Source of the DNA: an uncultured virus (IMG/VR IMGVR_UViG_3300037156_000055) | Lineage: Duplodnaviria; Heunggongvirae; Uroviricota; Caudoviricetes | Strand: one strand, 5' to 3' | Length of the DNA stretch: 64,000 bases | Virus record (IMG/VR): IMGVR_UViG_3300037156_000055 | Part shown: in pieces, positions 1 to 9,352 of the stretch | How positions within the stretch are numbered: the stretch's first letter is position 1 | Layout: the number at the start of each line of letters is the position of its first letter | The notes under the pieces: model-generated | Told to the model about the DNA's origin: nothing | Databases searched by the model: none | What the model saw: only the letters and a program-made list of their open reading frames with translations | Translations under genes and position numbers: made by a program

Positions 1-366
1 AAGAAACAGACTATGTATACGATCACTGTTGAGGACGATAAGGTATCTCAAGAAGTGATTATCTTCCCGCAGAAAGCACATGATTTCAAAGAGGAAGAAT
101 GGCTAGATCAACCTATCGTAATCTTCGGTAGGTTGGAAGACGATGAGGACGACGAGAATGCAAACCCGAAGTTCATACTTGATAAGTTTCATGCTCTGGC
201 TACAGCACCGATTCGTAGACGTGCCGCCACCGTGGACACTGATAAACAACATACGACCATCAACCGAATCCATCTATCAGAAACCAACTACAAACAAATG
301 ATCGCAGCGGCTAAAGCCCCTGTCACATTTCTATTGCCCAACAGGCAGGAGCTAATCTGTAAATGA
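1..366 (+). CDS. dnaE: C-terminal OB-fold part of a DNA polymerase III alpha-like protein (truncated at window edge)
   Basis: Frame is open from base 1 (KKQTMYTITVEDD..EVIIFP..IVIFGRL..KFILDK), matching the DnaE C-terminal pattern KKG-MAF-TLED-E-V-FP. Confidence 0.6.
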   Translation, partial: KKQTMYTITVEDDKVSQEVIIFPQKAHDFKEEEWLDQPIVIFGRLEDDEDDENANPKFILDKFHALATAPIRRRAATVDTDKQHTTINRIHLSETNYKQMIAAAKAPVTFLLPNRQELICK

Positions 367-638
367 ACTCAGTAGAACAATGGGGAATGGACAAGAGGCC
401 ATTCCTAATTATCTGTAATCATTGCCTGCGTAAATCTAAAGCTGTTCCTTGGGAGAGTGTGGACGGCCGCGAAACTCTCGCTGTCGTCAAAGAGCTAGGC
501 TTCCGCATCAAAGATAATGGCGAAGATGGAGGATGGGTCGTATGCTCATCGTGGTGCCATTGGCGGCACGGAATGAACTCAGGTATTCACAAGTGGCTCA
601 ACATTCTGTTCCACAAAGGTACTGCATTCAAGCAATAA
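363..638 (+). CDS. hypothetical protein with CxxC/CxxxC motifs
   Basis: ATGA overlap with upstream ORF; ends just before a terminator. Confidence 0.6.
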   Translation: MNSVEQWGMDKRPFLIICNHCLRKSKAVPWESVDGRETLAVVKELGFRIKDNGEDGGWVVCSSWCHWRHGMNSGIHKWLNILFHKGTAFKQ

Positions 639-671
639 AAAATTGGCCTCCTGTTTAGGGAGGCCAATTTT
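639..671. terminator. bidirectional intrinsic terminator
   Basis: AAAATTGGCCTCC-N7-GGAGGCCAATTTT perfect inverted repeat between convergent genes. Confidence 0.85.
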
Positions 672-673
672 GT

Positions 674-949
674 TTATGCGGACTTGTCTACTGCTGGTAG
701 CAACGACCTTGCCATACTAAGATGACCGGCTGCTAACAGAGTGACGGCATTGCAAGTCATCAAGATGTATGTAACATCGACGGCGGGCAAATGCGGAAAC
801 ACCTGTGATAGAAAACCATTAGGTAATGCCAAGATCGTCATAGCGACGCTTACCACTAATGTGGCGGCAGAAACCATTGCAGCCTTCGGAGAAAAAGCTG
901 GATGCATAACGATAGGCACAGGAGCATTTGTCATTTCATTAACCTTCAT
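674..949 (-). CDS. small membrane protein, possible holin
   Basis: Two hydrophobic segments; last gene of lysis cluster. Confidence 0.5.
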   Translation of the reverse strand: MKVNEMTNAPVPIVMHPAFSPKAAMVSAATLVVSVAMTILALPNGFLSQVFPHLPAVDVTYILMTCNAVTLLAAGHLSMARSLLPAVDKSA

Positions 950-1593
950 GCGGCTTCATTCAATGTGCGCCTGATAACCGCCCTAGTTAGACCAGTGCGA
1001 TTCTCAAGGTACTGCATGTTCCCGCGCTTGTGATAGATGTAATTACTACGTAGCCATTTGGCTACTTTAGTAGGAACCGGTGTTTTATTGTGTGCGGGTC
1101 TACCTATATTAGACGCGCCAGCAATTCGACGCTGATCCTCAGTGGCTGGCACACCTTTATTCGGCGGTGAAAGTCGCCTGGAATTTTCGCTCATTTTCTG
1201 AATGGTTTCCGGGTAACGTTTCTTCCCAAGCCAGTAACGAGTCGGATTCTTAAGTTTCGCTTGACGCATCTTTTCGCGAGCTTCAGGGCTCTTTGTCGTA
1301 CCTGTATTCCGATCCACAAGAATGCGCGTATTATATTCTGGACTCCGCTTATCAATGTACTTCTGTTCTAGCTCTAACAAAATGATGTTGTCGGGAGTAC
1401 AAGTTTTTAGTATAGAGAATTTGAATGCATCTTCTCCATACTCATTCCATGCTGATTGTAGATGAGCATTGTGCCCGCGATTAGCTCGCAAGGCACTCTT
1501 ATGATCTAACCAACGGCGCTCAAGATTGACTGAACTACCGACGTACTCTTTTCCATTGACCGCGTTCTGGATAGAGTAAACACCGCTAAGCAA
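946..1593 (-). CDS. GIY-YIG homing endonuclease with NUMOD3-like repeats
   Basis: SGVYSI-N-NGKEYVGSS..RRW..H, LQSAWNEYGEDAF, LEQKYID..YN; SPEAREKMRQAK. Confidence 0.92.
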   Translation of the reverse strand: MLSGVYSIQNAVNGKEYVGSSVNLERRWLDHKSALRANRGHNAHLQSAWNEYGEDAFKFSILKTCTPDNIILLELEQKYIDKRSPEYNTRILVDRNTGTTKSPEAREKMRQAKLKNPTRYWLGKKRYPETIQKMSENSRRLSPPNKGVPATEDQRRIAGASNIGRPAHNKTPVPTKVAKWLRSNYIYHKRGNMQYLENRTGLTRAVIRRTLNEAA

Positions 1594-2404
1594 GTTCCTG
1601 GAAGACGGACGGAATATTCAATTGCTTTGAATACTGTTTTTCATAAGCGACTACTACCATACCGTGCGAAGGTTGGACTTTGGCTGACTGCATAATTGCT
1701 TTCATACCAGTTCTCCCGTAGTTATATGCATTCGTACTTACACAGTACCTATTCATCAACGGGGGAGGAATATCTGAACGCTTCGTATCTTGGATCAATG
1801 CATCAGCATACCCAAGTAGCAACTTCATAGTAGTAGCCATATATGGAATAGCCTTAGTTACATCACATGCAAATGCATGTGCAGCATCTACGTCAAGCTT
1901 ACGATCTTCCATGAGGTACTTAAGCTTCAGTTGAGCAATGCCGACATCGAAGCCCTCAGGAAGCTTATCTGGATTGCTCCCCGTGTGGCCGACATATGAG
2001 TAGTTCCCATTCTCACACTTCGGATCGAACAGAGACTCAATCGCTAGGCAAGCCATGATGTACGGCACAGTTAGCGGGCCGGTAGCGGCATCGATAATCG
2101 CCTGGGCAATCTCCCTAGCGTCTGTGATGTCGATCTTGTGAAGGGCCCCGCCTTTGCTCAGGAACGGATAGACCCCATAGGCATTGTAGCTATAGGTCCA
2201 GTTCTTAGCCAGGATGAGGGCTGCGACTTGCTCTACAAGGGTCGATAAAGGTGCCTGGGAGGCCGTAGGAGCGACGATAGGTGCCTGAGTGGGTGAATAT
2301 ACCTTGGGAGGGGTTGGAACGGCCTCAGGGGCCTTATCTGCCACCTTAGAGGCCCGGCCACTTAGCCAGGCCCGTAGCCGCTCGAAGATCGTCAAGTTTG
2401 GCAT
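1586..2404 (-). CDS. lytic transglycosylase (SLT-like) lysis enzyme
   Basis: AIES, GIAQ and AYNYG motifs; Pro/Ala-rich N-terminal linker. Confidence 0.7.
   Translation of the reverse strand: MPNLTIFERLRAWLSGRASKVADKAPEAVPTPPKVYSPTQAPIVAPTASQAPLSTLVEQVAALILAKNWTYSYNAYGVYPFLSKGGALHKIDITDAREIAQAIIDAATGPLTVPYIMACLAIESLFDPKCENGNYSYVGHTGSNPDKLPEGFDVGIAQLKLKYLMEDRKLDVDAAHAFACDVTKAIPYMATTMKLLLGYADALIQDTKRSDIPPPLMNRYCVSTNAYNYGRTGMKAIMQSAKVQPSHGMVVVAYEKQYSKQLNIPSVFQELA
2231..2340 (-). repeat. dispersed ~110-bp phased element inside a CDS
   Basis: ATAAGGCCC..GTT-N14-GGTATATT..ACCTATCGTCGCTC. Confidence 0.75.
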
Positions 2405-2876
2405 ATAACAAGTCTCCTGGGCAGGCCGTTGAAAACTCCGAAGGGTTCTGGCCTAAATGCTGTTTGATTGTTGCTACATCACGATGACCGATAAGGTATT
2501 TGAGGTTAGGAGCTTTAGCTTTAACAGCTTTGATATGAAGTGCAATCAGATTCAAAGCATTCTGAGATACCGGCGTAACAAACGAAGCACCACCCGGATG
2601 ATAATTGCCACCCAGGCAAATTGCGTAGCCCTCTTCATTCATGCCGTACTGCGCTGCTGGCAACTTATCAATGGGGCGTCCAATCTGAACTACCCAACTA
2701 ATTCCTGCGTCTTTAACATACGCATTATATCCGACTGTTACGAAGCCCTGAGATGCAATCTCTTCAACCGCGATCTCTTCAATGTCAAGCGTTGGCTTTG
2801 CAACGCTATGATGGATCACAATGCAAGTGATGAGCTTCGGATCACGATCAGTAAGTTTATCTAGAGGTACATTCAT
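2346..2876 (-). CDS. N-acetylmuramoyl-L-alanine amidase (Amidase_2 type) endolysin
   Basis: IVIHHS, VGYN, GR, ICLGGNY, LIGHRD, TACPG. Confidence 0.9.
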   Translation of the reverse strand: MNVPLDKLTDRDPKLITCIVIHHSVAKPTLDIEEIAVEEIASQGFVTVGYNAYVKDAGISWVVQIGRPIDKLPAAQYGMNEEGYAICLGGNYHPGGASFVTPVSQNALNLIALHIKAVKAKAPNLKYLIGHRDVATIKQHLGQNPSEFSTACPGDLLYAKLDDLRAATGLAKWPGL

Positions 2877-3247
2877 TAGCCGCTCGTTGTCTTAGTATTG
2901 ATAGTTGTAGTTTCTATAATTGATTTGAAGCCCGGTCCTAACGCCCGTTGCATGAAGTCTAGGATTACATCGATCTTGCCCGTGAGAGATGCAATCTGAA
3001 TATCTTTAGCATGGCCTTCAGCTATGAGTACTGCGATACGAGCTTCGTTAACATCACTCTTCTCTTTGATAGCTTCGTACAAGCCTTTCCAAGATTTCGC
3101 TTCGTCCTGCGCGTTAGTGACAATAGTCCTACGGATAGTCACACGGCCAGCGATGAAAGCGCCCACCGTGGTGCCTAAGGCTAGCGCGGCAACTATGAAC
3201 CCTGAAGCTTGATCTATGAATGGTCCGCCGATATGAGATAGGTCCAT
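2876..3247 (-). CDS. holin-like protein (N-terminal TM plus coiled coil)
   Basis: Hydrophobic N-terminus, heptad-like C-terminus, directly upstream of amidase. Confidence 0.5.
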   Translation of the reverse strand: MDLSHIGGPFIDQASGFIVAALALGTTVGAFIAGRVTIRRTIVTNAQDEAKSWKGLYEAIKEKSDVNEARIAVLIAEGHAKDIQIASLTGKIDVILDFMQRALGPGFKSIIETTTINTKTTSG

Positions 3248-3280
3248 GAGAACACCCTAACTTGTGCCCATTTAGGGCGC

Positions 3281-3309
3281 TTGACATGGTTAGTAAAATC
3301 TGTTACTCT
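3281..3309 (+). promoter_or_regulatory. sigma70-type promoter for the lipoprotein gene
   Basis: TTGACA-17 nt-TACTCT with TGn extended -10. Confidence 0.75.
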
Positions 3310-3339
3310 AGCAGGACACTCGCTAATAGAAAGCATCTC

Positions 3340-3735
3340 ATGAACAAAATCGTTAACTTAGGACTTATACTTGCCGGGTTGGCTCTTGCCGCCTGTGGTG
3401 GTGGAAGCGGTAGTACTGCACTTCCTGTGGCCGCGCCAGCGACCGTCGTAGGTACGTCATCTAGCCAGCAACAAACTGCATTCACCATTACAAACGGGGG
3501 AGTCAGCGGGGCACCGGCTACAGTTGCAAACGGCAGCACCACAATTTTTATCCCAAACGTGGCCGATTACACGACGAACTGCCCATTAGCACCGAACAAT
3601 CACTTCACTGTGATTTCGCTGAACATGAATGGGCAAGTCATTGCGCCCGGTACCTACGCCTGCCCTAGTGGACAATCGTTTAACATACAGACGTTTTGGC
3701 AAACAGTACCAACGCCAGCACCATTGCCAAGCTAA
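3340..3735 (+). CDS. lipoprotein moron, antisense to the late operon
   Basis: MNKIVNLGLILAGLALAA-C-GGG signal peptide and lipobox; own promoter; ATG 3340 preferred over 3262. Confidence 0.8.
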   Translation: MNKIVNLGLILAGLALAACGGGSGSTALPVAAPATVVGTSSSQQQTAFTITNGGVSGAPATVANGSTTIFIPNVADYTTNCPLAPNNHFTVISLNMNGQVIAPGTYACPSGQSFNIQTFWQTVPTPAPLPS

Positions 3736-4193
3736 TCCGGGACAACTGTCCCTTTTAATCGAGGGTCCCCAACAGAGAAGTACGCATCTAGATCGCAATT
3801 CTTAAAGTCATCCTGTTTCTTACTCGGGGTGACTTTTGCGTTTGTAGGGTTCTGCGGGTCAGGAGTCACGCCAGCATTGCGGAGGTTCTGCCTCGCAGCC
3901 ATCCTCGCTACTTGATCAGTATCTGGACTCTCGTACTCTGTGTTATCAACTACCGTATGCACGGCAGTATTCGGAATAACATTTGGAATGAAGTTTCCGT
4001 CTACGATAGAACCGAACACATATAATGCTTCGATGATGTCATAACACCATGAAGTATTAAGCGCATCATGAATGAAATCGCCTTGATGAGTTGTCGGTCC
4101 CTTACGGCCAGCGAGTCTTACGTGAGTCGGAGGCGTTATCATCTGACTGAAGATCGGATGGTTTGCTACTACCGATGAATCTAGTAAAATCAT
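3732..4193 (-). CDS. hypothetical protein, tail-fibre associated
   Basis: Directly downstream of fibre gene in operon. Confidence 0.55.
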   Translation of the reverse strand: MILLDSSVVANHPIFSQMITPPTHVRLAGRKGPTTHQGDFIHDALNTSWCYDIIEALYVFGSIVDGNFIPNVIPNTAVHTVVDNTEYESPDTDQVARMAARQNLRNAGVTPDPQNPTNAKVTPSKKQDDFKNCDLDAYFSVGDPRLKGTVVPD

Positions 4194-4196
4194 TTT

Positions 4197-7064
4197 CTAA
4201 TTCCCTGTCCTGACTGCATATGATTCAAAGAATAATTGTGGAGCAGCGTGAACACCAACACCGGGCAACGTCATTGTAAATGTCGTAGCTCCTACGGTTT
4301 GCCCTCCTGCACATCCACCCATAAACTGAACGCCGACAAAACCATACTCAATATCATTTCCTACCCAACCACCACTGGTTAAAGTAAACGACGACGTACC
4401 TGTAGGAGCAGAGTACACCGCAGATGGATTACTACCTACCGCGCAACCCAAGCCGGTAAAGCCTCCGTATAATTTGCATACATATGCCCATGTTCCGCCA
4501 GATGGTAACGCAAGTTGTGTAGCCGATACTGTAAACACGCTCGTGCCAGCAGTAGTCGTGCCATTAACAACGCCTAACGCATAAAGACTGTTATTCGCCG
4601 CGCCGCCGATACCATAGGTAAGAGGAACTGCTGTATCAGCGTTCGCGTAAGGAAGCGCACCTGTAGTTCCGCCAGCAGGCGCTACACTAAGTACACCTCT
4701 GCCAACGCCGTTGTCTTGCACAACGTCGTTAACAGCTACCGATGTATTCGGAAGTGGTAGACGTGATCCAGATTGAACACTATCTACACGTACTTGAGAG
4801 GCTGCGTTAATAACTGTTTGTACGGGGATGCTAATGGCCCCGTGAGCTAATGTCGCAGACGCCTCAGTTAGTGCTGTGCCTGACTTATAGCTTGTCGCCG
4901 TTGCCCCGAGTTCAAACTGTGGATGGAACCACGCACACGTACCATGGATTGTAGAGAACCAGCAAGCAATATAGACTGGACCCGTGAAGGTTGCGGTCCA
5001 TGTTAGTGTTACGAGTTGTTGAACGCCACGATTATTCGGGCAACTCACCGATGCATATACTGCAGCGGGGGTTGCATTGTTTGCAGTTTTGTCTGATAGA
5101 TCGACTATACCTATGAACTGAGTGCCTGTATCATATAGACCAGTCATGCAGCTTAGAGTGTACGTTGTACCAGATATCACTTGGATCGAATCAGTATACG
5201 CGCAGCCTGACGCTACACTTGAGCCACCATGAGAATCAGCGGATAGCTGATTGGCACCTTGGGCACCGTTGATAACTCGGAACCTCGTTGAATCAAGATT
5301 CGAATACGTCCAGTAGTTACTAGCTGTAGCTCCTAGTGGTTGATATACAAAATCCATATCTGAGTCAGATATGAAGTTGACATTCGTAGCCCCAGGAGAT
5401 GTATACGCTCCGGTTTGTTGTATTCCGCAAAGAAAGATCGGTAATGCATTTGTAAATATGCCTGAGTGATCGATCAACTGTATGGCTAACTGCCACACAG
5501 AGTTGTTACCAAGAGGCCCGAAATTCTGACTGATAGGATTCGTATATGTACTACCAGTAATCTGTCCGACTTTTACATAGTTCCCAGGGTTCTGATCCGA
5601 GTCGGGAGTGCCGTCTGGGCGCTCCTTAGCGAGTAACTGAATCTTATCTAACCATTGCACATATGGAACTGACGACGAGATATGCAAGTTGAATTGCATC
5701 GGTTGAGCGAACGTGCCACCGCCATTGTTTGCTGGTGGAGGAACTGTGCAGCCAATGAAGTCTACGCTGAACGTCGTGCCCGCTGGGATCGTCTGCAAAG
5801 TTGGTGATCCAACTTGCAGTGTAGCAGCACCAACTGAGTCAAAGAAACGGATGTTTGATGCTTGCCGCGCGTAGTCAACATAACGCACACCAAGATTATA
5901 CGTGATGAATGTACCATCGCTATTGATGCCGACTGGCAACTGCGGGTAAACAAACTGGTACGTTCCGCTCTGCTTAACAGTAACGGTATTCGCATACATA
6001 ATGTTGTTCGGCAACTGCGCGTTCACATAGACTAGTTCGATTTCGGCAAGCCATTGATTAGGGCTATAACCTAAAGAATCAAGTGTCACTGTTGGCACAA
6101 GGTAGTCGAACGCTGTAGCTCCCGCTTGGCCGTTCTCAGCAGTATCTGTACCATGAGAAATGACTGTAGGAGTTACAAGCCCAGGATTCCCCATGTTAGC
6201 CATGTTGCCAGCACTGAGTACGACGGGATTCGCTGCGGTAGTCTCTAGGTACCGACCATAAGATACGTTGCCTTGAAAATCCACGAACGCAACGTAGATA
6301 TCATATGGAACACCGGATACGAGTCCGTGAACCCACGCAGTATATTGGCCCGTGTTGCTTGGCGAGATTGTTGTCTTGTACGCATAGGTGTGATCGATAT
6401 TAGCTATGTTATCAAGTTGCGATCCTGATGCAGCTACATAGATTCGAAGCTCTGCAAGCCATGGTGCATTTGTAACGAGCGTATTGAATGAGAACTTCGC
6501 GTCGTATGCGCCGCCAGTTGAAATCGAGCCATTAGCACCAACGTATATAAAACCATACGAAGCCGGATAAGGAGCGACCAGTACCGGCGCAGTCGTTAAA
6601 CTTGGATTGCCGAGGAACGATGTTACGTCAAGTGGGTTCGGATTCTGGAAATTTCCCAACGCATTAAATGCACCGTTATGTACGATATCTTGGAATAGTT
6701 TTGAGTAGTCAACTCCTGCGACTGTGCTAAAGTTACTGGTGGCCGAAATCACTGTATAGGATTTTGTGTCGATCACAAAGATCGTACCGCCAGTATGAGT
6801 CGTACTGTTGTTGTAATAGACTGTCCCAACCGGCGGCGCTGCCGCAGGGTTGGGAGCCATCGCAACAGTCACGGCTAATGCGCTGTTCCATACGAACCCG
6901 CTAAGTGCGGGCAATGAACTGTTAACGACAAACGAAGCCCTTGTCGGCGTCGTCAAGCTATCAACTGAATCCAATGTAGCAACTAACGTAGTCGCAGGAA
7001 CTACTGGAGGCTTTGCCAGCACGGGAGGAAGGCGAGGCGCACGAATGCTCGGTGCTGATATCAT
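4197..7064 (-). CDS. tail fibre / receptor-binding protein with FN3-like repeats and a carbohydrate-binding-like module
   Basis: 955 aa, beta-rich; three repeats of WL(AE/DK)I..GL..G..Y; NFISDSD..W..SGTTYTLS..PQFELGATATSY. Confidence 0.7.
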   Translation of the reverse strand: MISAPSIRAPRLPPVLAKPPVVPATTLVATLDSVDSLTTPTRASFVVNSSLPALSGFVWNSALAVTVAMAPNPAAAPPVGTVYYNNSTTHTGGTIFVIDTKSYTVISATSNFSTVAGVDYSKLFQDIVHNGAFNALGNFQNPNPLDVTSFLGNPSLTTAPVLVAPYPASYGFIYVGANGSISTGGAYDAKFSFNTLVTNAPWLAELRIYVAASGSQLDNIANIDHTYAYKTTISPSNTGQYTAWVHGLVSGVPYDIYVAFVDFQGNVSYGRYLETTAANPVVLSAGNMANMGNPGLVTPTVISHGTDTAENGQAGATAFDYLVPTVTLDSLGYSPNQWLAEIELVYVNAQLPNNIMYANTVTVKQSGTYQFVYPQLPVGINSDGTFITYNLGVRYVDYARQASNIRFFDSVGAATLQVGSPTLQTIPAGTTFSVDFIGCTVPPPANNGGGTFAQPMQFNLHISSSVPYVQWLDKIQLLAKERPDGTPDSDQNPGNYVKVGQITGSTYTNPISQNFGPLGNNSVWQLAIQLIDHSGIFTNALPIFLCGIQQTGAYTSPGATNVNFISDSDMDFVYQPLGATASNYWTYSNLDSTRFRVINGAQGANQLSADSHGGSSVASGCAYTDSIQVISGTTYTLSCMTGLYDTGTQFIGIVDLSDKTANNATPAAVYASVSCPNNRGVQQLVTLTWTATFTGPVYIACWFSTIHGTCAWFHPQFELGATATSYKSGTALTEASATLAHGAISIPVQTVINAASQVRVDSVQSGSRLPLPNTSVAVNDVVQDNGVGRGVLSVAPAGGTTGALPYANADTAVPLTYGIGGAANNSLYALGVVNGTTTAGTSVFTVSATQLALPSGGTWAYVCKLYGGFTGLGCAVGSNPSAVYSAPTGTSSFTLTSGGWVGNDIEYGFVGVQFMGGCAGGQTVGATTFTMTLPGVGVHAAPQLFFESYAVRTGN

Positions 7065-7080
7065 ACTTCCTCCAGAACAA

Positions 7081-9120
7081 TTACAATGAGATTACGAACG
7101 GTATGCGTAGGAATGCTATCGCGCCTGAGCTTGATACAGCTAGAAGCGACAGGTAAGCGTAGTTGAATTTTTGGTTGGGCAGCCAAGCCCAAGAACCAGT
7201 GAATGCGGAGCCATATGTTACTCCGTACGTGGTTGTCGATCCGAGATATAATGCTGCTGCAGTTCCATTAGTGATCGTAGCACTAATCGTATTCGCCCCG
7301 GATGGCGTTACGATTGAATTGCTTGCCACAATGATGTTGTTGTAGAGATATGCATTCTCGCTCCCACCCAACGCTGTTCCAGTTGAATGTGTTGCGCTTG
7401 CGGTAAAGCCAGCAGCAACCGTAGCGGCCGGTACTACTGTCCCGTCCCCAAAACCAGCCATGCGTATCGCCATTGGTGATAATGATAAGCTGTTTGGTGA
7501 TTCAGAATAGATGTAATGAAACAATGCTGTGTCGTAAGCTTGAGTTGGATCAAGCGTTACTTGAAATACCCATGGCGATGTCGGACTAACTACAGGGATG
7601 ATTGCATTCCCATATGGGTCTTTGTTTGTAGCACCATTGAGGATTGCACTGACGCCGTTAATCTGTACCTGCGTCATGATATTTGTTCTGCCGCCAATCG
7701 ATTGAGTATTCAACTGAATCGTTTGTACGCTGGCGTTTGTCACACCAGACGGCAATCCCATATTCATGTTCGCAAAGATGTTGGCGCGCGTAAGCTGCAA
7801 ACTCTGTGATGCTATACCAAGACTTACTTGATCCTGCATACCCGTAATAATGTATGGTCCGCTTGTTCCAAGACTGCGTTCTAGGATTGTTACCTTGTCG
7901 CCGACCTGACGATTGAAGTTTGGTAGAACATCACATTGCAATTGCAGTGTAGGCTTACCAAGTAAGTCTAACTTGCTAGCCGTGAATGTATTGAGTACGC
8001 TGATGCCTGTCGCACTTGGCATACCGCGTGTCGCCACCAAGAGATTCGATTGAATGTCATAGGGGTTACGTTGACCGTTATTCTTAACTGAGTCAGGATC
8101 ATACGCTATCGATTTCAATGGTTGGTTTGTATTGCTTACCGCTTCAGCCGTGATGACATTGCTCATCTGCTCTGATGTTAGCGTGTAAGTCAGATTGAAT
8201 AAGTCTCGTTCATCGATCAATGTCTCAGATGGCTGCACTGCATTCTTAGTCTCGTAGAAGTTAATCTGGCCGAATTCGTCAATGCGAATCTGCCAGGCTA
8301 CAAATCGAGGTGCAGTCATACTAGCTATATCTTGAGCGATCTGCCAGACTGTGGAACCACTGCCTCCGACATAAGTCGGAAGTAGGCAGTTCGAGGCTTG
8401 CAGGCTCATCGCCGAAGGGCTCCAGCCAGCATAATCACAGAACAAATGGGTCAACATAAGCTCTGGGGCCATAGACTGAGGAACCCCGTCTATAGAAATG
8501 ACCGCATTGGCCCCTTGCGAGGCGCTGAAGACGATTGTTCCGGTCGCAGGGGTCCAGGTATACCCGCCGACCACAGGGCTGCTAGAAGGGCTCCCAGGGG
8601 CCCCTACGTAGACGTTAACAGGGCTTCCCCCGGTAACTGCCCCGAAGATCGTCGTCCAGTCAGCACTGAAGAAGAAATTGTCGGTAATTTGGGTCATGAA
8701 GTTCTTAGCATCACAGACCCAGGTCTTGAAGTCCCCAGAGGGGTTGGTCAAGTTGTACTTAGCGTCATACCGGATATCAGTCTGGTTCCCATAGAGCGAA
8801 TGCGGGAACGTCGCATAGACCGGAAAGTTAAACTCATGCACAACATCAAAGCCATGTAGGGTCTGACTCACAGCCCCTTGAGTATCAGTCGCAGTTGCTG
8901 TAGTTGCTAAGAACGTACCCTTAGGTACTGCACTGAGCTTGGTACCATCTGTACTGCGTAGACCAAAGTATACGAGATACTTCTTGTTCACACTGCCGAC
9001 AGTTAACGCACTGCCGAATCCCGGTGTTGGTGGTGAGATGAATGTTTCAAGTAAGAAGTGATCGACGCCGTTCTCCAAGAGGAGTTTACCGGCACCACCC
9101 TCTAAGAGAAGGAACGACAT
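7081..9120 (-). CDS. tail hub / baseplate-like protein (C-terminal part)
   Basis: YLVYFGL..VPKGTF, IRIDEFGQINF, NVITAEA, QVGDKVTI..YIITGM hub-type motifs. Confidence 0.65.
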   Translation of the reverse strand: MSFLLLEGGAGKLLLENGVDHFLLETFISPPTPGFGSALTVGSVNKKYLVYFGLRSTDGTKLSAVPKGTFLATTATATDTQGAVSQTLHGFDVVHEFNFPVYATFPHSLYGNQTDIRYDAKYNLTNPSGDFKTWVCDAKNFMTQITDNFFFSADWTTIFGAVTGGSPVNVYVGAPGSPSSSPVVGGYTWTPATGTIVFSASQGANAVISIDGVPQSMAPELMLTHLFCDYAGWSPSAMSLQASNCLLPTYVGGSGSTVWQIAQDIASMTAPRFVAWQIRIDEFGQINFYETKNAVQPSETLIDERDLFNLTYTLTSEQMSNVITAEAVSNTNQPLKSIAYDPDSVKNNGQRNPYDIQSNLLVATRGMPSATGISVLNTFTASKLDLLGKPTLQLQCDVLPNFNRQVGDKVTILERSLGTSGPYIITGMQDQVSLGIASQSLQLTRANIFANMNMGLPSGVTNASVQTIQLNTQSIGGRTNIMTQVQINGVSAILNGATNKDPYGNAIIPVVSPTSPWVFQVTLDPTQAYDTALFHYIYSESPNSLSLSPMAIRMAGFGDGTVVPAATVAAGFTASATHSTGTALGGSENAYLYNNIIVASNSIVTPSGANTISATITNGTAAALYLGSTTTYGVTYGSAFTGSWAWLPNQKFNYAYLSLLAVSSSGAIAFLRIPFVISL

Positions 9121-9130
9121 AGACTACTCC

Positions 9131-9328
9131 TTAGTCTAGATTAGGAAGTTTACCCGTGGCGGCCTCAGTAACTAATGCCGCAGCCGCTTCTACTTCTTCT
9201 TTAATCTGATCTTCAACGGCAGCAATAGCACCACCAAGACGATGAACGTTAGCCATCGCCTCGTTGAGCTTACCACTCCAGTCGTTATGTTGATTCTTGT
9301 ATGTATCGAGTCGTTCTTGTAATGTCAT
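9131..9328 (-). CDS. small coiled-coil protein, possible fibre chaperone
   Basis: 65 aa, follows fibre gene. Confidence 0.6.
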   Translation of the reverse strand: MTLQERLDTYKNQHNDWSGKLNEAMANVHRLGGAIAAVEDQIKEEVEAAAALVTEAATGKLPNLD

Positions 9329-9352
9329 AGTCTGTATCCTTTGTTTAGTTGA

